Positions 28,835 to 39,515 of a stretch of DNA of 64,000 bases are shown here, one piece after another (position 1 is the stretch's first letter; the number at the start of each line of letters is the position of its first letter). The stretch is taken from UHGV virus genome UHGV-0021788, one strand, 5' to 3'. The notes beneath the pieces were generated by a model. That model had not been told where the DNA came from. It worked only from the letters and a program-made list of their open reading frames with translations, and ran no database searches. Made by a program: the position numbers and the translations under genes. Origin of the DNA: a virus.

Positions 28835-30295
28835 GTGAGTGAAGAAAAAAAGCAAAAGAAGTTGTTTGCTGAAACTTCTGTAGCTAACAATGCACAAAAA
28901 TATACAACTAAACCAGTTAAATATAGTGCTAGTGAAATAATGGGATTCTTAGAAGACCCACAAGCAAATGCACTTAATTTACAAAAAGCTAGTATTTGGT
29001 TGTATTATAATAGCGGTATTTATAATAGATTAATTAATAACTATGCTGGTATGAATATTTATGATTTATATTTATATCCAACTACAATTAGTAAATTTTC
29101 TAAATCAAAAAGAAAAATAACTCCTGAAAAATTATATAAAGATTATTTAGATATAAGTAATTTATTAGAAAGAATTAGTTGGAAGTCTAATTATCGTAAT
29201 ATAGGAATTAATCTTATGATACAAGGAGAAGTTTTCTTATATGATGTATCTGATAATCAAGGTACTATATTAAAAGAGATACCAACAGAAATATGTAAAA
29301 TATGTAAGGTTATAAATGATAATCTATATAAATATGCGATTAATATTAATAAATTAGGTACAGTTGATTATTATTCAATGATGCCTATGGGATTACAAAG
29401 ATTATATGACCAACATAAGGCAGGTACATTACCACCTGAACAATATTTAGGAACTGCTGGTTCTGGTTATGTAATAGTAGATGACCCAGAAGCAATATGT
29501 TTGAGTTTAAATAATATGACTTCAACAAAATCTGTTCCACCTTTATCTTATTTATTTCCTTCATTATTAAGATTAATGGAAGAAGAAGAAAATGAAGTTG
29601 TGGAAAATAAAGCCAATAACTTAAAAATGATACATATGCAATATGATGTAGATGATGAAGGTGAATCAAAAATAGCAGAAGCAGACCTTATAAAAATGCA
29701 TAATTCAGCTAAAGCTAATTTGCCAGTAGGAGTTTGTGTAAATACCAATCCTTTAAAAGTACAAGCGTTAACATTACAAAGAACTGGTAATGTAAATGCA
29801 AGTAATAGACAAACATTAACTGAATTAGTTTATAATAATTCAGGTGTTAATAGTGAAATATTCAATGGTAATCAAAGTAATAACCAAGCTATTCTTACTG
29901 GAGTAACAGCAGATGAAATATATTGTGATACTTTAAATAATCTATTTGAAAATTATACTAAATATAGAATAAAACAATTAAAAAGAAATCCTTTATGGAT
30001 GGTTAGATTTGTAAGAAATACGCAATACAATAAACAAATTTTAATAACTGAATCAATGCAAGGTTGTACAGTGGGATTATCAAGAATGAAATTTTTAGCT
30101 TGTAATCATTATGCACCATTAGAAGCATTATCATTACTTGAATTTGAAACTGAAAATGGTATAGATGAATTTTTTGTACCTCTAGCTACTTCTTATACTC
30201 AAAGTGGAGATGAGGAAGATTTAGGTAGACCTAAAAATTCAGATAACCCTGATAATCAAAAAGATGTTGGTGAGAATCCTGATAGCACTAAATAA
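28835..30295 (+). CDS. Portal protein (486 aa)
   Basis: Size, position directly after terL, acidic C-terminus; GTG start after 'AAAGGGATG' context. Confidence 0.6.
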   Translation: MSEEKKQKKLFAETSVANNAQKYTTKPVKYSASEIMGFLEDPQANALNLQKASIWLYYNSGIYNRLINNYAGMNIYDLYLYPTTISKFSKSKRKITPEKLYKDYLDISNLLERISWKSNYRNIGINLMIQGEVFLYDVSDNQGTILKEIPTEICKICKVINDNLYKYAININKLGTVDYYSMMPMGLQRLYDQHKAGTLPPEQYLGTAGSGYVIVDDPEAICLSLNNMTSTKSVPPLSYLFPSLLRLMEEEENEVVENKANNLKMIHMQYDVDDEGESKIAEADLIKMHNSAKANLPVGVCVNTNPLKVQALTLQRTGNVNASNRQTLTELVYNNSGVNSEIFNGNQSNNQAILTGVTADEIYCDTLNNLFENYTKYRIKQLKRNPLWMVRFVRNTQYNKQILITESMQGCTVGLSRMKFLACNHYAPLEALSLLEFETENGIDEFFVPLATSYTQSGDEEDLGRPKNSDNPDNQKDVGENPDSTK

Positions 30296-30381
30296 TACTT
30301 CGTTTTTCGATATTTTATTAAAAATATCGTCTTATAAATAATATGTAAGATTGACATTTTTCAAAGGAGAGTGTTGCTTTT

Positions 30382-30576
30382 ATGCTTGTTTATACGACTG
30401 ATGAAAGTATAAAAGATAAATTGTTAGATAATAAACAAGTCTTAAGAAAACAAAAAGAAGTTAATGGAGAAATGATTTATGTATTCTTTATTAATGATAT
30501 GAGTTTATTAAATAGAAAATTTAGTAAAGAAGAAAATAGTAAAATAATATTAGTAAATAACAAATTTACCTTCTAA
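30382..30576 (+). CDS. Small hypothetical protein (64 aa)
   Basis: ORF with 'AAAGGAGAG' RBS. Confidence 0.45.
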   Translation: MLVYTTDESIKDKLLDNKQVLRKQKEVNGEMIYVFFINDMSLLNRKFSKEENSKIILVNNKFTF

Positions 30577-30577
30577 T

Positions 30578-31160
30578 TTGAAAGGAGGTGTAATTATGGA
30601 TAACAAGCTTAGACTACCTATTAGAAAATTTGAAAGTACAGATGAAGTTTTAGCTAATACAAATTTTAAAAAAGTTAAGATATACATTATGCATACAGGT
30701 GAAAATCTTAATGGTTCTGTATTTTCATTAGATAGTATAAATGATTCAATAGATACACTTGCAAACATTCCAATATTGGCATTTGTTGAAAAAACTGATG
30801 GACAAGATAATAAAGATTTTGCAGGACATGAAACTGATTTAGATATATTTACAGATAAAGATGGAACAATTAAAGTAAGAGAATATTATAAAGAAGTACC
30901 TATTGGAGTAATACCTGAAAGTAATGAATATTTCTTTGAAGAAAAAGATGGAGAAACATACTTAGGGTGTTATGGTTACATATGGAAATGTTATTCTAAT
31001 GATGCTTATGACATATTAGAAGAAGACCAAGAAAAAGAAGTCTCTATGGAAATTTATATAAATAATTGTTCTTATGATAGAAAACAAAGATGTAATATTA
31101 ATAAATTTGAATTTCTTGGAGTAACAGTTTTAGGTGCAAAATATCCAGGAGTAATTAGCT
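30578..31160 (+). CDS. Head-morphogenesis gene exon 1 (protease/scaffold-like N-terminal part); exon end approximate
   Basis: ORF (TTG start, 'GGAGGTG' RBS) runs into the intron E 5' block 'tccctatattaag'. Position between portal and capsid genes. Confidence 0.4.
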
Positions 31161-31362
31161 CCCTATATTAAGTGATTAGTATAGAAAATTCTCTGAATTG
31201 CTTGTAATCCCTAAAGTCAACTAAACTACAACGTGATTGGAAACGATGAGCGTGAACGTGGCGAAAGCAGAAAAAATTAGTTGAATGGTATATGGTTAAA
31301 CCCTAAGTACTTTTGCAATGGGTGTCTAGCAGGTAAGATTCTAAATTTATTTAAATTAAATG

Positions 31363-31416
31363 TTTGACTTTTAATAACAAAATAGGTATAATATAAGTAA
31401 ATGGGGAGGTGATTAA
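31363..31416 (+). promoter_or_regulatory. Conserved promoter + RBS cassette (copy 6)
   Basis: 'tttgacttttaataacaaaataggtataatataagtaaatggggagg'. Confidence 0.65.
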
Positions 31417-32505
31417 ATGGCATGGAATAAAAATTCTATAAAAGAATATATAGATAAAACACAATATGAATTAATTAATTTTAAAATATTCGATGGGTTG
31501 AATTCTATAATATTAATAAGATGTAAAAAATGTGAAGAAGTTTATGAAATAAAATTCAGCAACTTTAAAAGAAAAAAAGATAAGAATTATTGTAAGAATT
31601 GTGAATTTATAAATAAAAAGAATGAGCTTATCAATAAATGTATAGAATTTGCAAATGATATAAATTATAAAGTTCTTAATGTTTTTTACGAAAACGAAAG
31701 ATGGTTTGTCGAATTACAATGCAACAATGGTCATGCTTTATATATTACTAGAATTGAACATTTTTTAAACAATCATTTATGTAGACAATGTGCAAATGAA
31801 TCTTTGATTATATGGGATGAAAATGCTATTAAAGAAGCTATAGAAAAAGAGAAATATCAATTAATTGAGATTCTTGAAAATAAGGGATATGAAAGTAAGA
31901 TATCTATTTGGTGTGGTAATAAAAATCATAGCCCATATACAACATATTTTTCAGAATTTCAAAAAAATCATAGATGTAGACAATGTTATAGTGGAAGTAA
32001 AATAAAATGGAAAAAAGATGATATAATTTGTTATGTTGAAAAAGAAAAGGAAAAATTTATAGATTTTATAGAATATAATGGTTTCAATTCTACTATTAAA
32101 ATATTATGCGAAAAGCATGGAGAATACAAAATTAGATTCGACCATTTCATAGAAGGTCAAAGATGCCCTATATGTAAAGAATCTAAAGGAGAAAAGAAAA
32201 TAAGAGAAAATTTAGAAAAACTTAATATTGAATTTGAACACCAATATACTTTCAAGGACTGTAAATGTTATAAAGAATTGCCATTTGATTTTTATTTACC
32301 TCAATATAATATGGTTATAGAATATGACGGAGAACTACATTATCAAATAGTTGATTATTTTGGTGGATTAGATAAATTTATAAATATCAAAATAAGAGAT
32401 ACTATTAAAACTGAGTATTGCAAAAATAACAATATTAAACTTATAAGAATACCATATTGGAATTTTAAAAATATTGAAAAAATAATTTGTCAAGAATTTA
32501 ATTAA
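31417..32505 (+). CDS. Intron-encoded modular homing endonuclease: 4 Cys/His repeats + Vsr/DUF559-like nuclease
   Basis: 'ELPFDFYLPQYNMVIEYDGELHYQ...NIKLIRIPYW'. Repeats each ~60 aa with C..C/H...C..C spacing ('CKKCEE', 'CRQCANE', 'CRQCYSG', 'CPICKESKGE'). Confidence 0.65.
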   Translation: MAWNKNSIKEYIDKTQYELINFKIFDGLNSIILIRCKKCEEVYEIKFSNFKRKKDKNYCKNCEFINKKNELINKCIEFANDINYKVLNVFYENERWFVELQCNNGHALYITRIEHFLNNHLCRQCANESLIIWDENAIKEAIEKEKYQLIEILENKGYESKISIWCGNKNHSPYTTYFSEFQKNHRCRQCYSGSKIKWKKDDIICYVEKEKEKFIDFIEYNGFNSTIKILCEKHGEYKIRFDHFIEGQRCPICKESKGEKKIRENLEKLNIEFEHQYTFKDCKCYKELPFDFYLPQYNMVIEYDGELHYQIVDYFGGLDKFINIKIRDTIKTEYCKNNNIKLIRIPYWNFKNIEKIICQEFN

Positions 32506-32760
32506 ATAAATATGAATAAACTTCAACGACTATTGAAATAATTGTAAGAACCTTATCAGAGGTTCTTTTTGATTGCAATTAAAGTAAAGTACTCTTAAGT
32601 AAGAGGAAGTAGAGAATGTCTTATTTAATTAATGTAAGATGAAGTAGAAAATGTCTTATTTAATTAATGTAAGATAATGATATAGTCTCAACGTTTAGCG
32701 AAAGCTAAAGAAGTTCATAAGAGAACTGCGTAAGAATAACGAACTTATGTGAAGATATTG

Positions 32761-33974
32761 CTATGGGGGAAGATTGTATACTTAGTATGAATTTTTCCAA
32801 AGAAGATGGTGAATATAAAGAATATTTATCTTCTGTTGAAAAATTAAATAAATTATTAAAATGTCAAAGAGAGGAGGGATTAAGTGTGGATGTAAATAAA
32901 GAAACTTCTACTGTTGAAAACAAAGAAGAATTTGCTGAAGAAAATAAAGACGAAGAAGTTTGTCCTACTTGTGGAAAAAATCCTTGCGAATGCAAAAAAG
33001 AAAATCATGCAGTTAATGATGATGAAGAAGATAAAGCAGATGACAAAGTAGATGATGATGAAGAAGAAGATAAAGACAAGGATAAAGAAGATGAATCTTG
33101 TAAAAAGAAAAATCATGCAACTGAAGATAAAGCAGATGATGATAAAAAAGACGATAAAGAAGATGATAAATCTGACGATGACAAAGATGAAGAAGAAGAT
33201 GATGATAAATCAGATGAAGAAGACAAAGATAAAGAAGATGAATCTTGTAAAAAGAAAAATCATACAGTAGAAGATGACAAAGCAGACTTTGGACTTTCTT
33301 TAAATAATACATTTAAAGCCATAAGAAAGCAATTAGAATCTTACACTTACGAATATGTGAGCTATTGGGGTGACACTTATACTTGGAGAAAATATTATGT
33401 AGTAGAATTAATCCCTGAAGATTCAGTTGTTGTTATAGAAGATGAAGAAGAAAATGAATTCTATGGAATAACTTATTCTATAAATAATGATGATGTTGCT
33501 TTAGATTTGGATAATAAAGTATTATATATTCAAGAATGGAGAGCCAAAGAAACTAGTTCTGCTAGATTTGAAAATACTGATAAAAAAGAAAAATATACTA
33601 CTAAAGATGAAGTATATCAAGCAGTTGGAAAAGAATTAAAAGAACTTAGACAATTTAAAGCTGATATAGAAGCTCAAGAAGAAAAAGCTCAATTCGATGA
33701 AAAAGTTAATAATATTTTATCACAATTTGAATTCAGTGAAGAAGAAACTTCTGATTTAGTAGAAAAAGTTTATAACAAATCAATTAATTTAGATATGTTT
33801 GAAACTTGCTTATTTGCTTTAGAAGCTAAAAAGAATAGAGCTGAAAAAGAAAAATTTGCTAAAATAGAAAAAGAAAACAGTTTAAATATAGTTGATTCTA
33901 AAAAAGAAGAACAAGCAAAACCAAAATCAAGATTTGATTATCTATTAAAAGAATTTGGAAATAAAAATAAATAA
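32761..33974 (+). CDS. Head-morphogenesis gene exon 2: scaffold-like, highly charged protein with tandem acidic 'DESCKKKNH..EDKADD' repeats
   Basis: Open frame continues upstream of the annotated ATG (32763) to the intron 3' end; coiled-coil/charged composition typical of scaffolding proteins. Confidence 0.45.
33000..33290 (+). repeat. Tandem in-frame acidic repeats within the scaffold-like gene
   Basis: 'gaagatgaatcttgtaaaaagaaaaatcat' occurs twice (33090, 33235) with flanking D/E/K-rich units. Confidence 0.6.
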
Positions 33975-33994
33975 TAAAAGGAGCATGAAAAAAC

Positions 33995-34519
33995 ATGGAT
34001 GTAAAAAATATAGTTAGATTAGACATAATCGAAGGTAAACCAAGAACATTCGTTTATGATAAAAACTTAGAAAATGGATTTTTCCTAGAAATAGATGGAA
34101 AAGCTGAAAATACTGTATTAGGAGTTCAAGCTGATTATGAAGCTTATAAAGTTAAATTAGCTACTGCTGATACTAAAAGAGCTAATTTATTATTCCATTG
34201 CAGTGTTGCAAACCAATATGATGAAAGAAAATTACCTTGTGAATTTGAATTAGAAGCAGGTAGACCAGGAAGAGGATATCAACCAGTTTTAGGTGACATA
34301 GTTACTATACCAGAAAAATTAGTTGCCGATACTGTAGTTGAAAAAGACGAATTAAAATTAGGAGCAGATGGTAAATTAGCTAAAGCTTCTACTGGTGATA
34401 CTGTATTAGCTGTTGTTGAAGCTAAAGAAGACATAGTAATACCTATGTATAAATATGAATTTGGAAAACAAGGTGTAGACGATGCAGTACAAAAATCATT
34501 AGTAATAAGATTTGTATAA
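33995..34519 (+). CDS. Hypothetical head protein (174 aa; possible decoration/auxiliary capsid protein)
   Basis: Position between scaffold-like and major capsid genes; strong RBS 'AAAGGAG'. Confidence 0.4.
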   Translation: MDVKNIVRLDIIEGKPRTFVYDKNLENGFFLEIDGKAENTVLGVQADYEAYKVKLATADTKRANLLFHCSVANQYDERKLPCEFELEAGRPGRGYQPVLGDIVTIPEKLVADTVVEKDELKLGADGKLAKASTGDTVLAVVEAKEDIVIPMYKYEFGKQGVDDAVQKSLVIRFV

Positions 34520-34562
34520 AATATAAAATATAAAATAAATAAAATATAAGATAAAAAGGAGA

Positions 34563-35017
34563 ATGAGACGAATGTCAGAATTAAATATAACTGATGTAAG
34601 AGATATGGCTTACAGTCTATATAAAGGTAAAACTGCTAATTTTGATGCTGAATCTGCAAATGAAGCTATCAAAAATATAATACTTAAAACAGCTGGATGT
34701 GAAGATGGTTGGGATATGTATAAATTCATGGATAACAAATACAAAGTATTTGCTATAATGAGAGAAATATTAACACCAGTTGTAGCTGAAAATGTTTTAG
34801 CAAGATTTGAATCTTGGGTAGACATAGAAGACATAGCTTTAGGTGATACTAAAGACTTTGAAATAATGAATCAAGAATTATTTGAAATAGGATATGTAGC
34901 TGATGGTACTTCTGAATTAAGAAGACAAAACTTAACTCATGGTAAAATCACTATGACTGGTTTCCAATTAGGAGCTAAATTATATACTGAATTTGACGAT
35001 TTTAGAAGGGGTAACTT
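34563..35017 (+). CDS. Major capsid protein exon 1
   Basis: ORF ends in the conserved intron 5' block ('tagacagccccctatgtttgtaaaaagcatag'). Joined product ~340 aa in head-module position, with strong RBS and a downstream hairpin. Confidence 0.55.
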
Positions 35018-35228
35018 AGTTTACTAGACAGCCCCCTATGTTTGTAAAAAGCATAGCAAATCCTTTTAATTGCTGGAAACTCCTAAAGCTCAATTCACTA
35101 CAACGTAGAGTTAAAACTCAAGCGTGAATGTTACGAAAGTAGAAAAAAGTAATTGAGATTACCCAAGGTTAAATCCTAAAGGTGAATGAATGGACAATCA
35201 GCAGGGAAGATTTTGATTAACACTTAAT

Positions 35229-35275
35229 TTTTTATAAGTTTATGAGTATAATATAAATAAATGGAGGTGATGAAA
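35229..35275 (+). promoter_or_regulatory. Conserved promoter + RBS cassette (copy 7, weaker -35)
   Basis: 'ttataagtttatgagtataatataaataaatggaggtg'. Confidence 0.5.
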
Positions 35276-36187
35276 ATGGCAAGAAAGATTTGGAATGAAA
35301 TTACAATAAAAGAATTTATAGAAAATGAAACAAATTATAAATTCATATCAATAGTTAAATTAAACGGAATGAAATCAATGGTATTAGTATGGTGTGGTAA
35401 TCCTAATCATAAGCCTTATAAAGTTCGATTTGATGCATTTAAAGGTACTTCTAAAAAAGAAGGAACGAGATGTGAACAATGTAGAAGAGAAAAAGATACC
35501 ATTTGGACTAAAGATGAAATTATAAAATATGTAGAATCTCAAGATTATAAATTTATAAGATTTGTAAAATTTAATAAATATGCAAGTACAATAGAAATTC
35601 AATGTAATAAAGGACACGAATCATATGAAACATACTTTAGTAATTTCTATAATAATAGAAGATGTTTTCAATGTCATATAATATGGTCTAAAAAAGATAT
35701 TATTAATTTTGTAGAATCTCAAGATTATAAATTTATAAGATTTATAACATATGAAAAAAATAATAGTTTAATAGAGATAAAGTGTCCTAAAGGACATATG
35801 AATCAAGTTAGATTTAGAAAATTTAAAGAAGGAACTAGATGCCCAAAATGTAATAAATCTAAAGGTGAGGAAAGAGTAAAAGATATATTAAAAGAAATGT
35901 GTATAGATTTTAAATCACAATACAAATTCAAAGATTGTAAATGTAAAAAAGAGTTGCCATTTGATTTTTACATACCTTCATTAAATATTGCAATAGAATA
36001 TGATGGAATACAACATTTTGAAATATTACCACATTGGGGTGGCATTGATAAACTTATAGAAACTAAAATACATGATGAAATAAAAACACAATATTGTAAA
36101 AGAAAAAGAATAAAACTTATTAGAATTCCTTATTGGGAATTTAAAAATATAGAAAATATACTTATAAAAGAATTAGTGTTAAATTAG
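35276..36187 (+). CDS. Intron-encoded modular homing endonuclease: 3 Cys/His repeats + Vsr/DUF559-like nuclease
   Basis: 'ELPFDFYIPSLNIAIEYDGIQHFE...RIKLIRIPYW'; ATG 35276 after 'GGAGGTG'. Confidence 0.65.
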   Translation: MARKIWNEITIKEFIENETNYKFISIVKLNGMKSMVLVWCGNPNHKPYKVRFDAFKGTSKKEGTRCEQCRREKDTIWTKDEIIKYVESQDYKFIRFVKFNKYASTIEIQCNKGHESYETYFSNFYNNRRCFQCHIIWSKKDIINFVESQDYKFIRFITYEKNNSLIEIKCPKGHMNQVRFRKFKEGTRCPKCNKSKGEERVKDILKEMCIDFKSQYKFKDCKCKKELPFDFYIPSLNIAIEYDGIQHFEILPHWGGIDKLIETKIHDEIKTQYCKRKRIKLIRIPYWEFKNIENILIKELVLN

Positions 36188-36345
36188 AATAACCTTCAAC
36201 GACTAGAGCATAAGCTCGTACACTCAAGTGAGTGGAAATGGAGGATGCCTAGAAATAGGTAGTGATATAGTCTTGTCTCATGTGAAAGCATGAGTAGTTC
36301 ATAAGAGAACGGATTAGGAGTAACGACCCTAGTTGAAAATAAACG

Positions 36346-36913
36346 CAGAACTGATTTTGCTGAATGGATAAGTAGATTAGGAAAATCTTTTGAAGTTAAA
36401 ATAGGTGAATATATAGTTAGAGGTATAGAAGATGCTTACACTAGCTTAGGTGCTAAATTTGGTGTAACTGGTGCATACCAAGATGAAAAAATGGTTGAAT
36501 TAATAGAAAGAGTTGAAGCCAAAACTGGACAAAAAGCTACTATATACGGAACTAAATCTGCTTTAGCTAAATTAAGAACTGGTGCAGATGGAGCATTCCA
36601 AGCTTACTTATCAGATAGTGACAAAGAAAACATAAGTAAAACTGGTAGAGTTGGAGATTACTATGGAACTCCTGTTGTTGAAATACCTCAATCAGTTAAC
36701 AGAAAAGACGAATTTATGTTAAATAATAAAATGCTTTATGTAATACCTAATGGAACTAAAATAATAAAATTATTATTTGAAGGCGATGTAGATGTTATAG
36801 AAGTATCTGACCCAGCAGTAAGAAAAGATATGCAATTTGAATATATGTTCATGAGAAGAATACAATTAGGTGTTTGTAAAGCTTCTGTTTATGGAATATA
36901 CAAAATGAACTAA
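36346..36913 (+). CDS. Major capsid protein exon 2
   Basis: Open frame from the intron 3' end through annotated ORF 36491..36913 ('...GTPVVEIPQSVN...'). Confidence 0.55.
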
Positions 36914-36978
36914 TTTATAAATAGTAAAAAAGGGAGGATATAATTCTCCCTCGTATAATTATTTAAAGGAGAGATAAT

Positions 36979-37569
36979 ATGCGTGAAAGAAAAAAAGATA
37001 GATTAGATAAAAAAACAATCAGTGAAATGAAAAGAGATTTAAAGGATGCAGATATAACAATTAAAAATAATTCTATATTTGAAGTTGTTCTTAGAAGTGA
37101 TAAAAATGGTGGAAGCTATATATCTTTAAAACCAACCGAAGAAGAAGATATAACTTTTAGTGATTTACAAAGTATAGTAAAAAAACAAAAGAGTTTATTT
37201 GAAGATTTTTCAGTTTTAATAGAAGATGTATATTGTCCAGATAATGATAATATTGGTATAGAAGAATTAGAACAAATAGTAGGATTAGGAAGAATTAAAA
37301 AAGGCATGGAAGAAATCCCTGATGAAGAGTATTTTGATGATTTACTTTCAGCAGACTGTAGTACAGATGAGTTTTTCTATGAAGTGGATAAAATGAAGAT
37401 TCAAGTAATTAATAGATTAATTGAAAGAGCTATTTATTTATATAAAGAAAAAGAATTTTCTAATAACTTTAAAATGTCTTATTTAGAGAAAAAACTTGGT
37501 GTACAAAATGTTTTTGATGATGTGGATAGAAGTATGAAGAAGATACAATCAGATGTAGATAGATTATAA
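36979..37569 (+). CDS. Hypothetical head/connector protein (196 aa)
   Basis: ORF with 'AAAGGAGAG' RBS. Confidence 0.45.
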   Translation: MRERKKDRLDKKTISEMKRDLKDADITIKNNSIFEVVLRSDKNGGSYISLKPTEEEDITFSDLQSIVKKQKSLFEDFSVLIEDVYCPDNDNIGIEELEQIVGLGRIKKGMEEIPDEEYFDDLLSADCSTDEFFYEVDKMKIQVINRLIERAIYLYKEKEFSNNFKMSYLEKKLGVQNVFDDVDRSMKKIQSDVDRL

Positions 37570-37576
37570 GAAGGAG

Positions 37577-38044
37577 GTGTTCATAATGACACCTGTTTCA
37601 AACATATATGCAAGAATATCAGTTCTTATTGAGGATTCGAGATATTGCAAAATATCTGATGAAGAAATTGAGTTTATATTTGAAAAATATATAGAAACTG
37701 CAATTGTTCTTTTTAAAGAATTAAATAAAAAATATAAACCTAGAGTAGTAGAAGATGAATTTGGCGAAAAATTTATTAAGAAAACTATAAATTCTGATGA
37801 TGAAGATTTAGATTTAGAAGAAGAAGTTATATTAGCTCATGGTATGATAATATCATGGCACAATAGTGTAGTTCTTAGAGATAGATTCTTAAAACAAAAT
37901 CTTAATACAAGCGATTTCCAACAATTATCTAATGCTACAATGTTAGCTAATAATGAAGTCTTACATGAAAGAATTCAAAAAGATTTCATTAAAATGAGGA
38001 TAAGATACAGAAATAGAGATTGGTCAGGTGATGGATTTGAATAA
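37577..38044 (+). CDS. Hypothetical head-tail connector protein (155 aa)
   Basis: ORF, 'AGAAGGAGGTG' RBS. Confidence 0.45.
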   Translation: MFIMTPVSNIYARISVLIEDSRYCKISDEEIEFIFEKYIETAIVLFKELNKKYKPRVVEDEFGEKFIKKTINSDDEDLDLEEEVILAHGMIISWHNSVVLRDRFLKQNLNTSDFQQLSNATMLANNEVLHERIQKDFIKMRIRYRNRDWSGDGFE

Positions 38045-39008
38045 TAAAGATTATCTTCAAATATTTAGAAGAAGAATGTATACTAATAGAGTTTGTAATC
38101 CATCAGAAGCAGGAACACTGGAAGCTAGAGAAACCTTCGATGATTTAATAGATAATAAACTTGCACCAACTGTACATACAGTTCCTTATGTAAAAAGAGA
38201 TAATGTTGGAAAAAGTACTAAAGATTGTGAGATTAATGTTTTGGTTGAAGATACTTCTAAGAATGACCAAAAAACAAATGATGAAAAATACTTTAGTTTT
38301 AAATGGGAAATGGATGTTAATAGTGGAGATATATTATTTTGGCATGGATTATGGTGGGTAATGTATCATGAAGAAAAGAGAGCAGTATTATCACATAAAA
38401 CTTTTACAGCTAAAAAATGTAATTTTTCATATGATTTTGATTTTCATGGAAAAAGATATATCGTACCAATGTTAGTAACAAACTTAACATTATATAGCGA
38501 TGGTTTAAAAGACAAAGTTTATATGTCTAATGAAGATGGTAAGAGAAGATTAACTTTTACAGATAATGAATTAACAAAACCACTTGATTGTGGTCTTAAA
38601 ATAATGGTTAGTGGTAAAGTCTTTGAAATTACTCATATAGATGATTTCAGTAGACCAGGTGTAAAAGATTGTATTATCGGACAAATTTTTTCAACATCAC
38701 TGGATGATAAAAAGAATAATCATGCTTATAATAAAGTAAATGATATAATTGATGAAAGTGGAATTATAGGTCTTGATTATATATATTTAGGTGGTAATGA
38801 AGTTTATACAACAAATGAAGAAGTTATCAGATGGGAAATAGAAGCAAAAGATAACTGTGTTTACATAGATACTAAATATAGTGGCAAAGGTTGTAGGATA
38901 ATTTGTACGGATGATATTGATTATATAGGCACTAAGGTTAAATTAAAAATAATAAGAAGAAATCAAGAAGATATAATTAAAGAAATTTTAGTGAAGGGGA
39001 TGTTTTAG
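38028..39008 (+). CDS. Hypothetical structural protein (326 aa)
   Basis: ORF overlapping previous stop (coupled). Confidence 0.45.
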   Translation: MMDLNNKDYLQIFRRRMYTNRVCNPSEAGTLEARETFDDLIDNKLAPTVHTVPYVKRDNVGKSTKDCEINVLVEDTSKNDQKTNDEKYFSFKWEMDVNSGDILFWHGLWWVMYHEEKRAVLSHKTFTAKKCNFSYDFDFHGKRYIVPMLVTNLTLYSDGLKDKVYMSNEDGKRRLTFTDNELTKPLDCGLKIMVSGKVFEITHIDDFSRPGVKDCIIGQIFSTSLDDKKNNHAYNKVNDIIDESGIIGLDYIYLGGNEVYTTNEEVIRWEIEAKDNCVYIDTKYSGKGCRIICTDDIDYIGTKVKLKIIRRNQEDIIKEILVKGMF

Positions 39009-39011
39009 AAT

Positions 39012-39512
39012 ATGGCATTATATGGTTATACGAATAAAGTGTTAGCTGAGATTTATGCACATTTAATGAAACACCCAGAGCTAACAAAATTCTTATATTA
39101 TACTGATAATGAATATAAAGAAAAAGATATACTAGAACAAGAAAAACCAACAATTAGTGATATAGCAAATAAAAAAATATTTATGTATAAAAGAGTAGAA
39201 GAAACAGTTAAAGATGCTGGTGCTTATATGTTTATAGATGTATATAGAATTACTCCTACAAAAATTGGGGGTAAGATTAGAGAAGTAACTTTTACAGTAG
39301 ATATATTAGTTCATCAAGATTGTGTTGATACAATGAATGGTAATAGAGCAATTTGTATATTATGTGCCCTAGAAGAATCATTAGGTGAGTATGTAAAAAA
39401 ACATTCCATTGGTTCTATTGATTTAATTAGGGTTGCACCTATATTAGGTATAATTAAAGAATTTATTGGATATCAAATGCAATTTAAAGCATATGGATTC
39501 AATGGAGATTAA
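39012..39512 (+). CDS. Hypothetical tail-completion/neck protein (166 aa)
   Basis: ORF; position. Confidence 0.4.
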   Translation: MALYGYTNKVLAEIYAHLMKHPELTKFLYYTDNEYKEKDILEQEKPTISDIANKKIFMYKRVEETVKDAGAYMFIDVYRITPTKIGGKIREVTFTVDILVHQDCVDTMNGNRAICILCALEESLGEYVKKHSIGSIDLIRVAPILGIIKEFIGYQMQFKAYGFNGD

Positions 39513-39515
39513 TAT

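Larger units (their letters stand above)
31161..32760 (+). mobile_element. Group I intron E (family 1) carrying a Vsr-like homing endonuclease gene
   Basis: P 'gaattgcttgtaatcc' (31190), Q 'gtctagcaggtaagattc' (31322), ORF, R 'aacttcaacgactattg' (32519), S 'aatgatatagtctc' (32676), 3' '...gaagatattg'. Confidence 0.75.
35018..36345 (+). mobile_element. Group I intron F (family 1) carrying a Vsr-like homing endonuclease gene
   Basis: P 'taattgctggaaactcc' (35062), Q 'aatcagcagggaag' (35188), ORF, R 'ccttcaacgactagag' (36190), S 'gtgatatagtcttg' (36263); junction 35017(U)|36346 keeps frame ('...RRGN-F-RTDFAEW...'). Confidence 0.8.

Noticed and set aside
36926-36950. Hairpin 'gggaggatataattctccc' after the capsid gene as a terminator
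   Set aside because: Short 5-bp stem without a following T-run; may instead be part of the next gene's RBS region.
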